Assembly: GCA_035221665.1 (NCBI GenBank)
Contig: CM069146.1
Coordinates: 29,574,001-29,638,000 of the forward strand
Direction: 5' to 3'
Origin: Okamejei kenojei
Taxonomy: Eukaryota
Length of the DNA stretch: 64,000 nt
The notes under the pieces are model-generated. The model saw only the letters and a list, made by a program, of their open reading frames with translations, ran no database searches and was not told where the DNA came from. Shown here in pieces: positions 24,718 through 37,940 of this stretch. A program made the translations under genes and the position numbers. Position 1 is the first letter of the stretch. The number at the start of each line of letters is the position of its first letter.

Positions 24718-26829
24718 AGTCGGGTATTTGTAAACTGAGAAGGAATCGTATCCAGGCGAGTGTGGGAGGAGGAAATGTTGGGAAGACAATTCCGGAGCAT
24801 CATTCAGAACTAATCCACTTGGATTTTATTGTCTCTGTTGACTGTTTTTTTCCCAGTGTTTATCATTTCACACTTCTCCAGATTAAATTTTGTCAGTCAC
24901 CTACCTACCCAAATACAGTGCCCATCTCTGATATCTCGAAATGTATTACCAATCTCCACTACCACCACCCTTACACGCTTTGTGTCTTCTACTCATATGG
25001 GAATGCACATCTATTCCGAATTGTTAATATGCAATGAATGATAACAGCCCGAGACATTTCTATTAAATGCCTTCTTCAAAAAGCAATTCTCTCTGCTTTT
25101 GGCTTAAAGCCAATTTCTGCTGGATACAGATAATGACCCTTTAATTCCATGGGGTTTAGTTTTGCACACCAGCCTTTTATGTGTAAATTTATTAACTGTC
25201 TTCTAAAAATCCATGTAGTTGACATTCATTGCATTTCCTTGATTAACTGTCTCTGTTATTTCATCAAATAGTTCCGTCAGCTTAGTTAATGATTTGGTGG
25301 GCCGAATGGCCTATTTCCATTCTGCATCACTCCATGACCTTACTTCCAAAATATAGAGAAATACAAGCTATTTTTGTCATTGTTAAGGACCTCAACAATG
25401 CTGAAGATGTCTCCCCAATATTTTTTCCCTTTAAGTCCACTCAATCAGTACTATTATCTTCCATTTAGGTTTGATTTACTGGTCACGGCCAAGTGCATGA
25501 GATGACATGGTCCCATATCAGAGGGCCAGTGTGCATTAGCAGTGCCAAGTATGCGTCACACGGTTACTGACATCAGTGGCAAATGTGAGTAGGCACAACC
25601 TCCACACAAATGCTCACAATCCAGACTCACACTGTGAGCAAGTGCTCTCGAATTCTAGGCTGCGTTCCAGGTAAAATTANNNNNNNNNNNNNNNNNNNNN
25701 NNNNNNNNNNNNNNNNNNNNNNNNNNNNNNNNNNNNNNNNNNNNNNNNNNNNNNNNNNNNNNNNNNNNNNNNNNNNNNNNNNNNNNNNNNNNNNNNNNNN
25801 NNNNNNNNNNNNNNNNNNNNNNNNNNNNNNNNNNNNNNNNNNNNNNNNNNNNNNNNNGAGGGGGAGTCAGAATAATAGAGGGAGAAGAGAGGGGGGTGGA
25901 CAAAGAAAGAAAGGTAGAGAGAACAAGAAGGGGGCAAAGTAGGGGGGAAGAAGGAAGGGTAGAACAAGGCACAGATGATTACGGAGTGAGTGGGATATCA
26001 ACTGGTTTAATTATTGCTGGGAATACAATGCATTCAAAGTGATTTATTTCTTGCTTCCTCTAACAAAGTGATAGAAAGACTGAAAGAAAGAACACCTATT
26101 AATTAATTTCAGAGAAATTGTAACTCTTATCAGGAGCAAGTTCAATCAGAGGCACTGAATATTTTACGCAACAACGACATCATGACATTTTGAAGAAAAC
26201 CCTACATGTTTGTCAGAGACTGTTTCTTAATGGCCTGCACAATTGTGGCTGCCATCTACCCGCTGGTCTTTCTGTAATGCGACAATCTACAGGCACAAAG
26301 AACTGTCGGGGGGCATGACTAATGGCTCAAAACATTCTCTCTGCGATCCATGCAGCTTTAATGAGAGGAGGTTTATCAGCACGAAGGAACGTATACTGGA
26401 GTCCTAAACCCTGCAGAGTGCCCGTGGTGTGCAGTCAGCCGAGGGCTCATTACCGACTTCCATTTCCACTTCCTTTAGCACCGACTCTTTCAAAGCCTTT
26501 GGTGGAAACAATGAGCATGAGCAATGGCAAGATGCATATGCAGGCACTAGTACCTGCAGAGAACTGTACACAGGGGCACTGTATAAAATATAACAACCGT
26601 GGTCCCAGTGATATCAGTTCAATCTATGACAACCTTCTAGTCATCTGACTCGCTTCGTGTGGCCCTGATCAGTAAACATCAGAAACCGTTTCATTAAGAG
26701 GAACATTACCATGTCTTCATCGGACTTTCTTGTATTCATCATTGAACAAGAGTTACGTGCTGGCAAGCCATCAGATTACATTACCCCATACTCTTTAGGG
26801 ATGCTGAGCATTCCAAATTTGTCCCTCTC

Positions 26830-27670
26830 TCATGTACAGTAGAATTTGGGGTTCAAGTCCATAGCTCCCAGAAAGTGAAAACATCAGTAGGTAAAATGGT
26901 AAAGAAGGTGTATGGTATGCTTGATTTTATCAGTCCACACATTGAGTTTAAGAACAGGAAGTCATGTTGCAAATTTATAACACTTTGGCTAGGTCGCATT
27001 TAATAATTGTGTGCAGTTCTGGATAGCCCACTTCAGTAAGAATGTGGAGGCTTTGGAGAGGCTGCAGAAAAGGTTTACCAGGATGCTAAAACAAGGGGCT
27101 GCAGATGCTGGTTTGCAAAACAAGCCATAGGTGCTGGAATAACTCAGCGTGTAGGGCAGATGAATAACTCAGGCAACCTACTCAGTTACTCCAGCACTTT
27201 GTGCCAATATCTTTTACCAGAATGCTACCTGGATTACAGGGTATTAGCAGTCTGGAGAGATGAGACAGACTTGGATTTTTTTCACTGAAGTGTTGGTGGT
27301 TGGAGGGAGCCCTGATAGAAGTATGCAGAATTTATGAAGGGAAGATAGGGTGGACATTGAGAATATTTTTCTCAAGGCAGAATGTCAAGGACTAAATGCC
27401 ATAGCTTAAGATCAGAGGGGGAAAGTTTAAAGGAGATGTGTGGGGCAGGTTTTTTTACACAAAGAGTGGTGGGTGCCTGGAATGTGCTGCTGGGGATGGT
27501 GGTGGAAGCAAATACGATTGTGCCGTTTAAGAGGCTTTTAGATAAACACTTGGATATGCAGGGAATGGAATGATATGGATCACAAATAGAGGAAATTAGT
27601 TTAACTTCGGCATGATGTTCAGCACAGACATTATGGGCTGACGGGCCTGCTCCTGCGATGTACAATTCTA
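26830..27670 (+). mobile_element. CR1 3' fragment with nested insertion
   Basis: FFTQRVVGAWN...FKRLLDKHLD motifs; interrupted at 27089-27212. Confidence 0.8.
27089..27212. mobile_element. Short Penelope-like insertion with inverted segment and 15-bp TSD
   Basis: TSD tttaccag(g/a)atgcta at 27074-27088 and 27213-27227; internal gtgctggaataactcag / cagttactccagcac inversion. Confidence 0.7.
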
Positions 27671-28030
27671 TACGATGTTACTAATACACCTCACTCCCCA
27701 TTACAGACAGTCTAATGAATCAGGCTGTATGACTACCAGCTGGAGGACAGCTGCACCTCAGTGGTAGCAATCTCACCTCTGAGTCAGAAAATGGTGCTTC
27801 AAGTCCCCAGTTGAGAATAATGATCACATAGTCCAATCCTGGTAACTGAAAATAAATAATCTACTGATGCAGCTAGGTTGAAATAAAAACAGAAAATACT
27901 GCAAATACTCAATGAGATTAGGATATTGCTGAGTGCAAATTGACTCCAATATATTTAACATTACAGCAGTATTGCAGTATTCAGTAATGAGCTGTAAAGC
28001 AATTTGCAACAAAACGGGAGGAATATTTTT

Positions 28031-28335
28031 GCAGCGAGTAGAGTTACTGTCTCACAGTGCCAGAAGCCCCCAGTTCAAGTCTGTACATGCAGAGTTTTCC
28101 AGTTCTCCCTGTGACCATGTGCTTTCCTCCAGGTGCTCTGGTTTCTTCTACTTCCCAAAGATTTACTGGTTGGAGGATTAATTGGTTGCTGTAAATTGAC
28201 CCTAATGTGTGGTGTGTGGTAGAATCTGGGGGGAAGTTGGTGGGAATGTGGGGAGAATGAAAACATTGGGATTAATGTTGATTTTCTGTAACTTATGCTG
28301 CGCACAGCCTTGGTGGGTAGAAGGGCCTATTTTAC
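28031..28335 (+). mobile_element. HE1/V-SINE (degenerate)
   Basis: V-domain ttctccctgtgaccatgtgctttcctccaggtgctctggtttc and CR1-like tail gaagggcctatt. Confidence 0.7.
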
Positions 28336-31300
28336 ATGTCATTATTAGAAAGATGCTGTGCCCAATATATCAAAATACAATTCTGTTAAAACATAATGGT
28401 ATAATTAGAGTACAGAGATAAATGCCGATAAACCAACAATGTCGGAATGCAGTGCACACAGTGAGAGAAGGCCTTCAGGTCCTAGGGCCCAGAGACATGG
28501 ACACCCCCTCTCTGATGCTGACAGTATATTCTCTCCCAGGACCCTGATTGACCTATGCATCCTTCTGCATGTGAATCACATCCACATTCACTGAGACCCA
28601 CCAGCAGGAAACGTCATAGGCACAATGGACTCCCCCATAATTGCCACTAGTAGACAATACAACAACTTTGATTTGGGATTTCACAACAAGGTGAGAGAGC
28701 CTATGTTGCATTGGCAATGCACGGCACCTTGCGTGGCTACATACATAGCTGCATCAGGAAACAAATATATCACTTAATTGCTGAGATCAGGACATTCAAA
28801 TAAGGCCAGACATGCACGCCTAAGCTCAAAAATAAATGCGTGAGATAAATACACCCTCCCTTCCCAAGTAAACTTTACCCACAATATAGATATGACAGAA
28901 ATGTCATACTTCTACTGATGTAAGACCTTTCAAAACTGCATCCAATATGCTAACTGTTGCAGTTATTACATATAATTAATCATTATTAAAGTGCTTATGC
29001 TCTTGCTTTATCTAGTGGTATTGATTGCACCCTCTTCGCAATACCAATTAAATCCTCTGAGCATTCTATTTAATTTCTGTGCAGTCTAACTAGAAACACA
29101 GGCAGTAATTACATCCCTGGCATTGAGGATTGACTGCTCTAATAGTGGGATTCATAACTTCGCCAAGGAAGGGAGGCAGAGGATGAGTCTTTTGACCTGA
29201 ATAAACATTGGAGATAAAGAACCACAGCACAATTACATTTGTAACACAAACCGTTTTAAATTGGAGAGGTAGGGAAATTAAAACCAGAAGATCAAAACAG
29301 CAAATTCACTGCAACAAGGCAAGAGGCAGTTACGTATCTCCTAGATATCCATTCTTGGATCCCACACGTTTACTTATCTTTGTATGTATGTATGTATGTA
29401 TGATGTATGTGCCACATCTATTTTTGTTTTTGAAAATCTGTGTAGCCTTACCCGAGCCCTTTTGCTTAGGATTACTTTCAGATAAACTATTTTATCTCCC
29501 CCGTTATGGTAACTATACAGTTCCAGGACTTAGAAATGACAAAGAAGAAGCATCCTTTGAGAAGGATATGCTCATTTGATGAGAAATAAAATAATTCCTG
29601 TTTGTATTTGATGTCCAGTCCGAAAGGAATGTTTATATCACTGATCAATATCCTCGTCAAGTTAATACAGTGCACGTCTCACATCTCCCTTCATGTGCTC
29701 ACTGTAATATCACTAGGACAAGGTCAACCCATGCCTTCAGTGTATCCAATCAGTCCAGAACTCACGATACACCATATAACATGTATACCAGTGTAAGACG
29801 CATAATGTCTGATCAGCCACTTACTGTAGCTTCAATTCTACTAAAGAAGAGTTATTTCTGAGTGGAACATGAATGCCTCCAGAATCATTGACCACTGATC
29901 TTTGACCACTAGCCTTTTTCTCCTTGAACTCTTGTATCTGATGTTGTTTCCATTGCTGGCTCCATAATGGCACCATTAATGAAAGGACACAGGTTGTCTC
30001 CAGCAACGTCTGGTCTCAGACCTCAGTGCTGCTGAACATTAATACTGCAGTAGCCAAGGAAACAAATACTATTGGCTTGCTGTGCAGCCAACATTTACCA
30101 AACCCCAAACAAGTGTATTTTCTGGCCTCACGCCATAACATTAATATGTGCACCTCAATCACATCCCTTGAGTACCTCATGTACCCAGTGTGATACAACC
30201 AGTGCTTGTCCATTCTGCTCGTTGTCTCTCAGTGGAAGCTGAGTTACAAGTCCTCCCCATGTCATGCAGGGCTCTATTCCTGTGAACTGTTTGAAAGTCT
30301 GAAATGCAGCTGCGAGCTGAGTTTCCACCCAGCAGGAGATGCCTGCAACCCTGCAGCAGCCAACAAATACACCCCGCAGCTCTCCCAAACACCCGCTCAA
30401 AAGTGCGGGCTGTATACAAGTCAGACATTCATGAGCTGGGGAGGATCTATAGATGGTCGAAAAATAAATTGCTGCAGATGCTGGAAATCTGAGATTAAAA
30501 AAAGAAAATGCTGGAAACACTCAGCAGGTTAGCCAGTGACTTTGGGGAGAGACAGACTTTCAGGCACATTACCTTTCATTGTGACTGTTCTGAGAGAAGC
30601 AAATTCACAAGGAAGACTGCTGAAGTGGACGAGAGTGGGTTATTAAAGTGTTTGTTGTACCTACGATGCGTTGGTTTGTATACTTGCCGTGTGTTAGCTT
30701 TTATTTAGCTCGTGAGGAAGCATATGCCATGGTGGTAAGCCAAAGCAAGTAGTACAATATGTACTGTTGGGGAAGAGCAAAGTAGATTGTGAAGTTACCT
30801 GAGTCAGTCACAGACAAGCCTGGCCACCAAGAAGATGTCCCCATTGTCCACTCATCAACCTCTTCTCCTCTTTTATCTTCCTTCCCTTCCTCTTGCCAGT
30901 TAGTAAGGTTGTGTAATATAGAGCAGGCTACAAAACTGCACAGAATTACTGTTGTCGCCTGCTCTATCAGATCACATTCATTGCCTTTATGTTGCATCTC
31001 AGTTTTGCACCAGCAACCGTGTGGCTAAAGGACAACCCTTGATATCCAGTAGCCACTTGTCCGTTTCTCATTTATGGACAGCAGCTACAGCTGCAGAATG
31101 TGACTCACACAACAGCTGGTGGAAGTGGAGTCCCTTTCCATTATGGTACATTCGCCAAGTTGAAGACTGCACCCAGAAACTGGGCCACAAAGTGAGTGCA
31201 GCAGATGGTGGTATTACCAATCTGAAGGCCCAGAAATAGAGCTTTAAGAATCGTTATCAGGGTTATCTCTCATTTAGGAATATTCAATCCTGAGTCTGAT

Positions 31301-32029
31301 TACCAGTCTTTCCCAGACAGATACATTCCCACCGTGACCAACAAGGTGTTGGGCGACAGGTTTGGACAGGCATCAAGAGGGAACGGGGAACACAAGAGTT
31401 TAGGTAACAATCCCAAGCCCCATCACCACCGGCAGGATCAGACTAACACTGACAGAGGTCACCCACCCCTCAATATTTACAGTGTGCGCTGATTACACTG
31501 AGTCTTAATAAAAACTGCAGAGAATGTTGTTCCATATAAAACTAGGCACCGGGTCACTTTAGCAAGGTGCACTGCTCACTTATTGTGAACCGTGACCTTT
31601 TACAACCAATTTCTGCTGTCATATCACGTGATGCAATTTCCCGATGAGAGAAACCTTGCGGAAACTCCAAAACAGGAGTTGGTGGGTTTGGTGTTCAAGG
31701 AGGAGCGAAGCTGAGCGTTACAGCAAGGCTGCACGCAGATCCCTGTTGTCCCTGAGAGGCAGCATCCTCTCCAACTGTGGCAAGAGACATTAACTTGCCC
31801 TTTAACAACCAGCACCCGCCCTTTAATAGGAATAACTACAATTTATTATCAATACCTAACCTTCAACACTAGCATCTGTCCTTCAGTATGAATAACCTGC
31901 GGTATAACACTAATACTTAACATTTAGTGTAATTATCTGACACTTAATACCAATCTCTGTCATTTAATATCAATACCTGCCATTGCAAAAATGGTCCAAT
32001 GTACTTTATGAATACACAAATTTGCAGAG

Positions 32030-32588
32030 GGAGCAGGCAGAAAGGGTTGAGGACGGGAAGATGTGACTGGTGGCGGCAACACATTAAAGGTGGCGGAAAT
32101 GTTGGCTAATGTGTTAGATTCCAAGGTTAGTGGTGTAAAAGGTAAGGCAGGGGAACTTTATCCTTTTTCTGTCTGGGTGACGGGGGAGAGAGCAGACCGC
32201 AGGACAAAGTGGAGACACGGGTGAGGGAGCCATCTATGACAAAAGGAGGGAAACTATGTTTACTAACAAAAGAGGAGTTTTCAGATGTCCTAGAATTGAT
32301 AGCCTCATATTGGGAGCAAATGTGGCAGAAATGAAGAAATTGAGATTAGGGGATAGTATATTTGCAAGTGGCAGGGTGGGAGGAGATATCTGTGGGAGTT
32401 GGTGAGTTTGTGGTAGACTTCAGTTGATAGTCTATACCCTGTGATGGAGAAAGAGAGAACAAGAAAGGGGTGAGCGGTATCAGAGTTAGTCAAGTGAATT
32501 TGAGGACAGGTGAATTTTGTGGTAAAGTTAACAAAATAAACAAGTTCTGCACGGGCGCAGGGGGCAGCTCCAATACAGTCGTCGATGC
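32030..32588 (-). mobile_element. Penelope-like RT fragment
   Basis: Minus strand LSTEVYHKLTNSHRYL (the VYYKPTDSHSYL motif); homologous to 55800-56300. Confidence 0.7.
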
Positions 32589-32589
32589 A

Positions 32590-32810
32590 TCACATTCCCA
32601 TCAACACCCTACACAACAGGGGGCAATTCACCATGTGCAATTAACCCACCAACCTGCAGGTTGTTGAGACGTGGGAAGAAATCGGAGTGGAATGGGTGAA
32701 AATCTGCATGGTCACCGAGGAAACATGCAAATACCTCCAGCAGCCGAGGTCAGGATTGAACCCAGGATGCTGGTACCGTGAGGCAGAGGCTCCGTCTGTT
32801 ACGCCACTGT
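32590..32810 (-). mobile_element. HE1/V-SINE fragment
   Basis: V-domain and B-box-like caggattgaacccagg. Confidence 0.65.
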
Positions 32811-32958
32811 TAGATCTGATGTGCGGCAGTTTCCCTGTCACCAGGAGTTGAATGGAGTTCATTACCTCATGATTTCTTAAGCTGCATGTTGATGATGTTG
32901 GTGTATTTTTGATATTTATCTTGCTCAAGATTTGCTCTTTCTTTTACCACAAGTGCAG

Positions 32959-33248
32959 ATTCATTCAGCGACAGCAGCTCGGTGACTTACGAGGCCTTCA
33001 GAGAGAGCAGGGAGACCTCTCTGACACTGCCTGTCACCCCTGCTCCAACCAAGGCGGAGATGGAGGACAGCGATAGGAGCGAGTCAGTGGCGAGCAGCTC
33101 ATCCTTCGAGGACATTGAGCTGGAAATACGAGGTGTCGGGGAACGGCCCAACATCTCTCCGATTGCCGATCCAGAAGGCAAAAAGAAACCAGGTCAACTA
33201 ACAAACACAAAAAGACATTTAGACATCAGAAGAATAGAGGAAGAATAA
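32959..33248 (+). CDS. TEX264: Terminal coding exon of a TEX264 ortholog (ER-phagy receptor; acidic C-terminus with LIR)
   Basis: Polypyrimidine tract plus AG (ttgctctttcttttaccacaagtgcag|AT). Translation DSFSDSSSVTYEAFRESRETSLTL...SESVASSSSFEDIELE resembles the human TEX264 C-terminus as recalled (DTMSDTSSVSLEVSPGSRETSAATL...SESGASGSSFEELDLE). Stop at 33246-33248. Upstream exons not found in the window. Confidence 0.85.
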
Positions 33249-33427
33249 ATTGGATTAAGAATACTTCTTGATTCAATTGAAAACTTCCTACTGAACCTTA
33301 CTCATGAAAGCTTGCTGCAATATTATAGAAATGGCTTAAAATTATGGTTGACATTTGATTAGAGATGTAAACGTATCAGAGTACATGCAAATACTGTATT
33401 GTGAGCTTGAGTATTATTATCTTTTAA

Positions 33428-33433
33428 ATAAAT
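33428..33433 (+). terminator. Candidate polyadenylation signal AATAAA for TEX264
   Basis: AATAAA about 180 nt after the stop, followed by T-rich sequence; another AATAAA overlaps the stop codon. Confidence 0.35.
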
Positions 33434-34060
33434 TCAAATAATTTGCTTTTTGCAATTACGAAAGCTTTAGGTTTATGTATGTCCCCACAAACTGTAATTA
33501 CAATTTTGGGATTCAGAGTTTCTTAACTTTCTCACATATGGAAGTGAGGAAAGGTCAATTCAGTTAGTCTTGTTTGATTGACTGGCTTTTTTCCTGAAAT
33601 TTTTCGATTGGATATCTCAAGGTTGAGGCTTGGAAATAGAGTTTGACTGCCATGAAAATAGAGTTTCAGAAAACTCATGTTTCCCTTTCAATTACATGAA
33701 TTTCACCACACTAATTATTACAAGGGCCTTTGGAAGCTAACCCTCTGGATGATCAGTTTAGCATTCATCACAATATTGTAATGTGATTTAAAACAAAGAC
33801 CACTTCAGACCAAATTATACAAACGTGTGAACATTATTAAACAAAGAGACACCCAGGTTCACCTGGCCAATGCCACACAGTTGCAATACCTTGCAAATCA
33901 ATATATGTGGTCTCCATCTCATTTGTACCCATGTGAGTCTTGAGTGAAGGTGGCATTTCTGACAAAATGTTACAGCTGATTTTACTTCGGAGTCACGTGA
34001 ATACCCCACCAGCACGCATGCGCGACCTGCCATTGGACCCTAGACAGCACCTTACGGAAG

Positions 34061-35095
34061 GTGTGGTCTGATGGTGGAAGCCACAGTGATATCGCAGGGC
34101 CTGGGGAAGTCGGCTTGTCCGCTGCACATAGCAGGGACGGTCGCATAGAGCGGTTGGAGCTCTTAGTGGAGCAACTCCTCCAGCGGGACAGGGACCGGGA
34201 AGAACGGGACTCGCGGGCATCCACAAGCCGCGCAAGGAGTCCTTTCAGTATCTCGTCTTCACCAGCCAGAAGTGCCAGCAGTTGCCCAGCCGCTGTATTT
34301 GAAGACGGCCCGGGACAGCCAGTGACCGCTGAGCCAGAGCATGAGGAGGATATGCTGGACGTGGTGGGCAGGTTTGCCACAACCACACAAACAGGGGAAC
34401 CCCTGCACCACAAACTGGCGGGCACCATTGATTACCTGACTACTCACCAACTCCAGAGACAGGTACTCAATGACACTATGGAGAAAATAAAGCCACCCGA
34501 GAACTGCATCAACCTCAGTGTTCCCCTGGTTAATGCTCAAATCTGGGGACACTTGAGCACGGCCACCAGGATGCAGGATGTCTGCCTCCAGCGTATCTTA
34601 AAGGTCCTCTCCACGGGTATAACGGCGTTTGCTAGGACCCTTGATGGGGATAATGTGTCCAGTGAACAACAAGATGCCCTGGCACTCCTATGCAACACCC
34701 AGTATGAGATCAACTGCCTGCGTAGGAGCTCCATTAAGCCCACACTCAACCCCAAATTCGCGGGGTTGTGCCATCCATCAACCGCTCCACTGCCTCATCA
34801 ACTGTTTGGAGATCTGTCCAAACAAGTGAAGGAACTAGACGAGGTGGCCAAAACAGCTGGCCTAATGAAACCTCCTACGACTAGACCTCACCCATACCAC
34901 CGGCAACAACCACACACAAACTGGAAACCGCGGCCGCCGGACAGGACACAAAGGGCCTATCCACCTCCACTTCCCCAAACACAACGGCCTTTTTTAGGAC
35001 AAGGCCAACAGCGGCCTGCATGGAAGATGCGGCCGCCATCCCGACAACCTCCACAACGTCCACCCAAAACGACATACGCCAGGAACCGTCGTTAA
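34061..35095 (+). pseudogene. DIRS gag-like ORF1, N-terminally truncated
   Basis: 344 aa matching the C-terminal part of ORF 47140..48942. Confidence 0.85.
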
Positions 35096-37024
35096 CCATG
35101 GAGGTAAGGGGGTCTGGTTCCTCTCAGACCGTAGCATCCTTTCCTGCACAAATTGGTGGGCGATTGCGGGCCTTTTTGGAAATATGGAACACTATCACCA
35201 CAGACGAGTTTATTTTACAAAGTGTTCAAGGTTATGTTATAGAATTCATTGGTGGTAAAAATCCCCCTACCCAGCATTCGCCTCATCGGAAATTTACACT
35301 ATCCCAAAAAGAGGTGGAAGCTGGACATGCTTAAATTATACAGCTAGCAGCAAAAGGGGTGATGGGAAAAACAACGCACGAACCCCTTGAGTTTGAGTCC
35401 AACATTTTCACCAGAATTAAAAAAGATGGGGGGTGTCGAATTATAATAGACCTAACTGAGCTGAACACGTTTGTACAATATACCCACTTCAAAATGGATA
35501 CCTTTGAAACAGCCAAGCAGATGCTTTACCCGGGGTACTTTATGGCATGCATCGATTTAAAAGATGCATACTATACAGTGCCCATCACTGAATCTCACAG
35601 AAAATTTCTAAAATTTGTCTGGAAGGAACAATTATGGGAATACAAAGCATTGCCCAATGGAATCACCACAGCCCTAGACTATTTACAAAATTAGTAAAAC
35701 CTATATTGGCTCTTCTCCGACAACAAAATTACATGGTCATGGCATATTTAGATGATATCCTAATAGTGGGACAGACCCTCCAATTGGCTACACGGGCAGT
35801 GACAGCAACTAAGGCTTTATTCGAGAAGCTGGGATTTGTAATCCATCCAGACAAGTCAAAATTGCACCCGTCACGGGTAATGGATTATTTGGGGTTCACC
35901 CTAGACACCACCTTAATGATGATCACCATCCCAACCAATAAAGCTACCGCTATAAAAGAAGAGTGCCACAGTCTTGCTTGCGCCAGGGTACCGACCATCC
36001 GGCAAACGGCAAAAGTAATAGGGAAATTGGTAGCTACATTCTCAGCTGCACAATTCGGACCGCTACATTACCAAAATTTACAAAGAACAAAGATCGCAGC
36101 ATTAAAAGCAAATGCTGGGCACTTTGATCAACCAGTCCGGTTACCACCAAAGGCTAGAACCGAGCTACAATGGTGGATTGACAATATTAGCGAGTGTCGC
36201 AGACCCATCATAGTAAGCAACCCATCCGTCGTGCTACAGACTGACGCAAGCGCACAAGGCTGGGGAGCAACTGATACTATGTCCAGTTGTGGTGGCAGAT
36301 GGGACTCTCGTGAGTCTACCTTCCTTCAGTCACACGGGATAAATTATATAGAAATGTTAGGGGCGTTTCATGGACTGCGGGCTTACTGTACTAACTCACG
36401 GGACTTACATGTCCGCCTCCAAATAGATAACACAACAGTGGTGGCTTACATCAATCATATGGGTGGTATCAGGTCGCTTTGTGATGAATTGGCAAAACAA
36501 TTTGGCACTGGTGCATCGAGAGGAATATTTGGATTACAGCGACCTATTTGCCACGGAAGCTTAATACAGTGGCAGACACCAGGTCACGAGTATTCACTGA
36601 CAACATCGAGTGGATGTTGAACCCCCAAATTTTTGGAGACATTATAGCTCACTACGGGACACCAGATATTGACCTTTTTGCGTCCAGGTTGAACCATCAG
36701 ATACGAACGTATGTGTCTTGGGAACCAGACCCTGGGGCAATAGCAATGGATGGGTTTTCTATCCATTGGGGGAAATGGTTTTGCTACGCATTTCCCCCAT
36801 TTTGCCTCATCAGTCGGGTATTGCAGAAAATTAAACTGGACTCTGCAACTGGCATATTGATCATTCCCGACTGGCCTACACAGCCATGGTAGTCGATGGT
36901 CCTTAAAATTTTGAAACGACCATGGATTTCGATTGGGAAACACTCCAAATTGATTACTCACCCCATTACGGGGGATAGTCATCCATGCCATGGTCACCTA
37001 AACTTGTTGGCCTGCAGGTTCTAA
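35020..37024 (+). pseudogene. DIRS pol (RT-RNaseH-adenine MTase-like), disrupted
   Basis: IDLKDAYY, LPNG, YLDD, TDASAQGWG, DNTTVVAYIN, DIDLFAS and YAFPPF; stops at 35332 and 36890 plus frameshifts. Confidence 0.9.
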
Positions 37025-37940
37025 AAAGACCACTCATCAAGGCGGGCATCTCACCACGAGCCATGGAACTCATCTCAGCATCATGCCGAGAATCAACTCG
37101 GAAGCAGTACCTCACGCAGATCAGGAAATGGGAGGCATTCTGCTCTCGTACCAACACGACTTCCAACACGGCAACTATCCCTGATGTCCTGGAATTCCTA
37201 GCTGGCCTACATTTCGATGATGGCCTTAGCTACAGTGCCATCAACAGCGCCAGGAGTGCACTATCCTGATACCTGGATATAGGTATAGGCTCAAACCACC
37301 TGGTGTCTAAACTCATGAGGGGAGTGTTCAACACCAACCCTCCACGACCCAGATACACCTTCACCTGGGATGTAGGGATCGTTCTGACCCTACTGAGGAG
37401 CTGGGCTCCAATGAATGAGTTACTACTCAAACAGCTCACCCTCAAAGTGGTGATGCTGATGACATTACAAACACTGCGGCTGGATAGCATGGTGGCCACC
37501 CCTAATCAAATAAATTTCTTTGTCCAGGACTTATTGAAGCAGCACAGGCCAGGGGCTCATGGGCTGCAGTTGGAGTTTCGGGCATACCCTGTAGATGCCA
37601 CCCTCTGCATAGTCACTATATCCGAATTACAAGAACCATCAGGAAGAAGGAGCAGGGGCTCCTCATCAGCCACAAACCTCCGCATCATCGGGTGACTGTA
37701 CAGACTATCGTCAGGTGGCTCAGGGTGGTGTTGGGTGCAGCAGGAGTTGCTACTAACATTTTAAAATCTCATTCCACTAGGGCTGCATTCACATCAGTGG
37801 CGAGGGCCATGGAGGTGCCCATGGACCACATCCTCGCCACCGCGGGCTGGGCCAGTGAAGAAACCTTCCAAAGGTTCTACAATAAGGCACTGGTCGCCCC
37901 CGCGACATTCGCAGAAGCTGTGCTGGGAGCCGCTCAGTGA
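36985..37940 (+). pseudogene. DIRS tyrosine recombinase, disrupted
   Basis: HSTR..AGW..FQRFY motifs; stop at 37267; 27-bp deletion removes ALTTAQRVQ, which includes the putative catalytic Arg. Confidence 0.9.

Noticed and set aside
29420-29579. KICVA...LPRYGNYTVPGLR resembles the TEX264 penultimate exon motif LARQGDFYVPEMK
   Set aside because: The match is short, far weaker than expected for this conserved domain, and there is no splice donor before the in-frame stop. Probably chance; TBLASTN would settle it.
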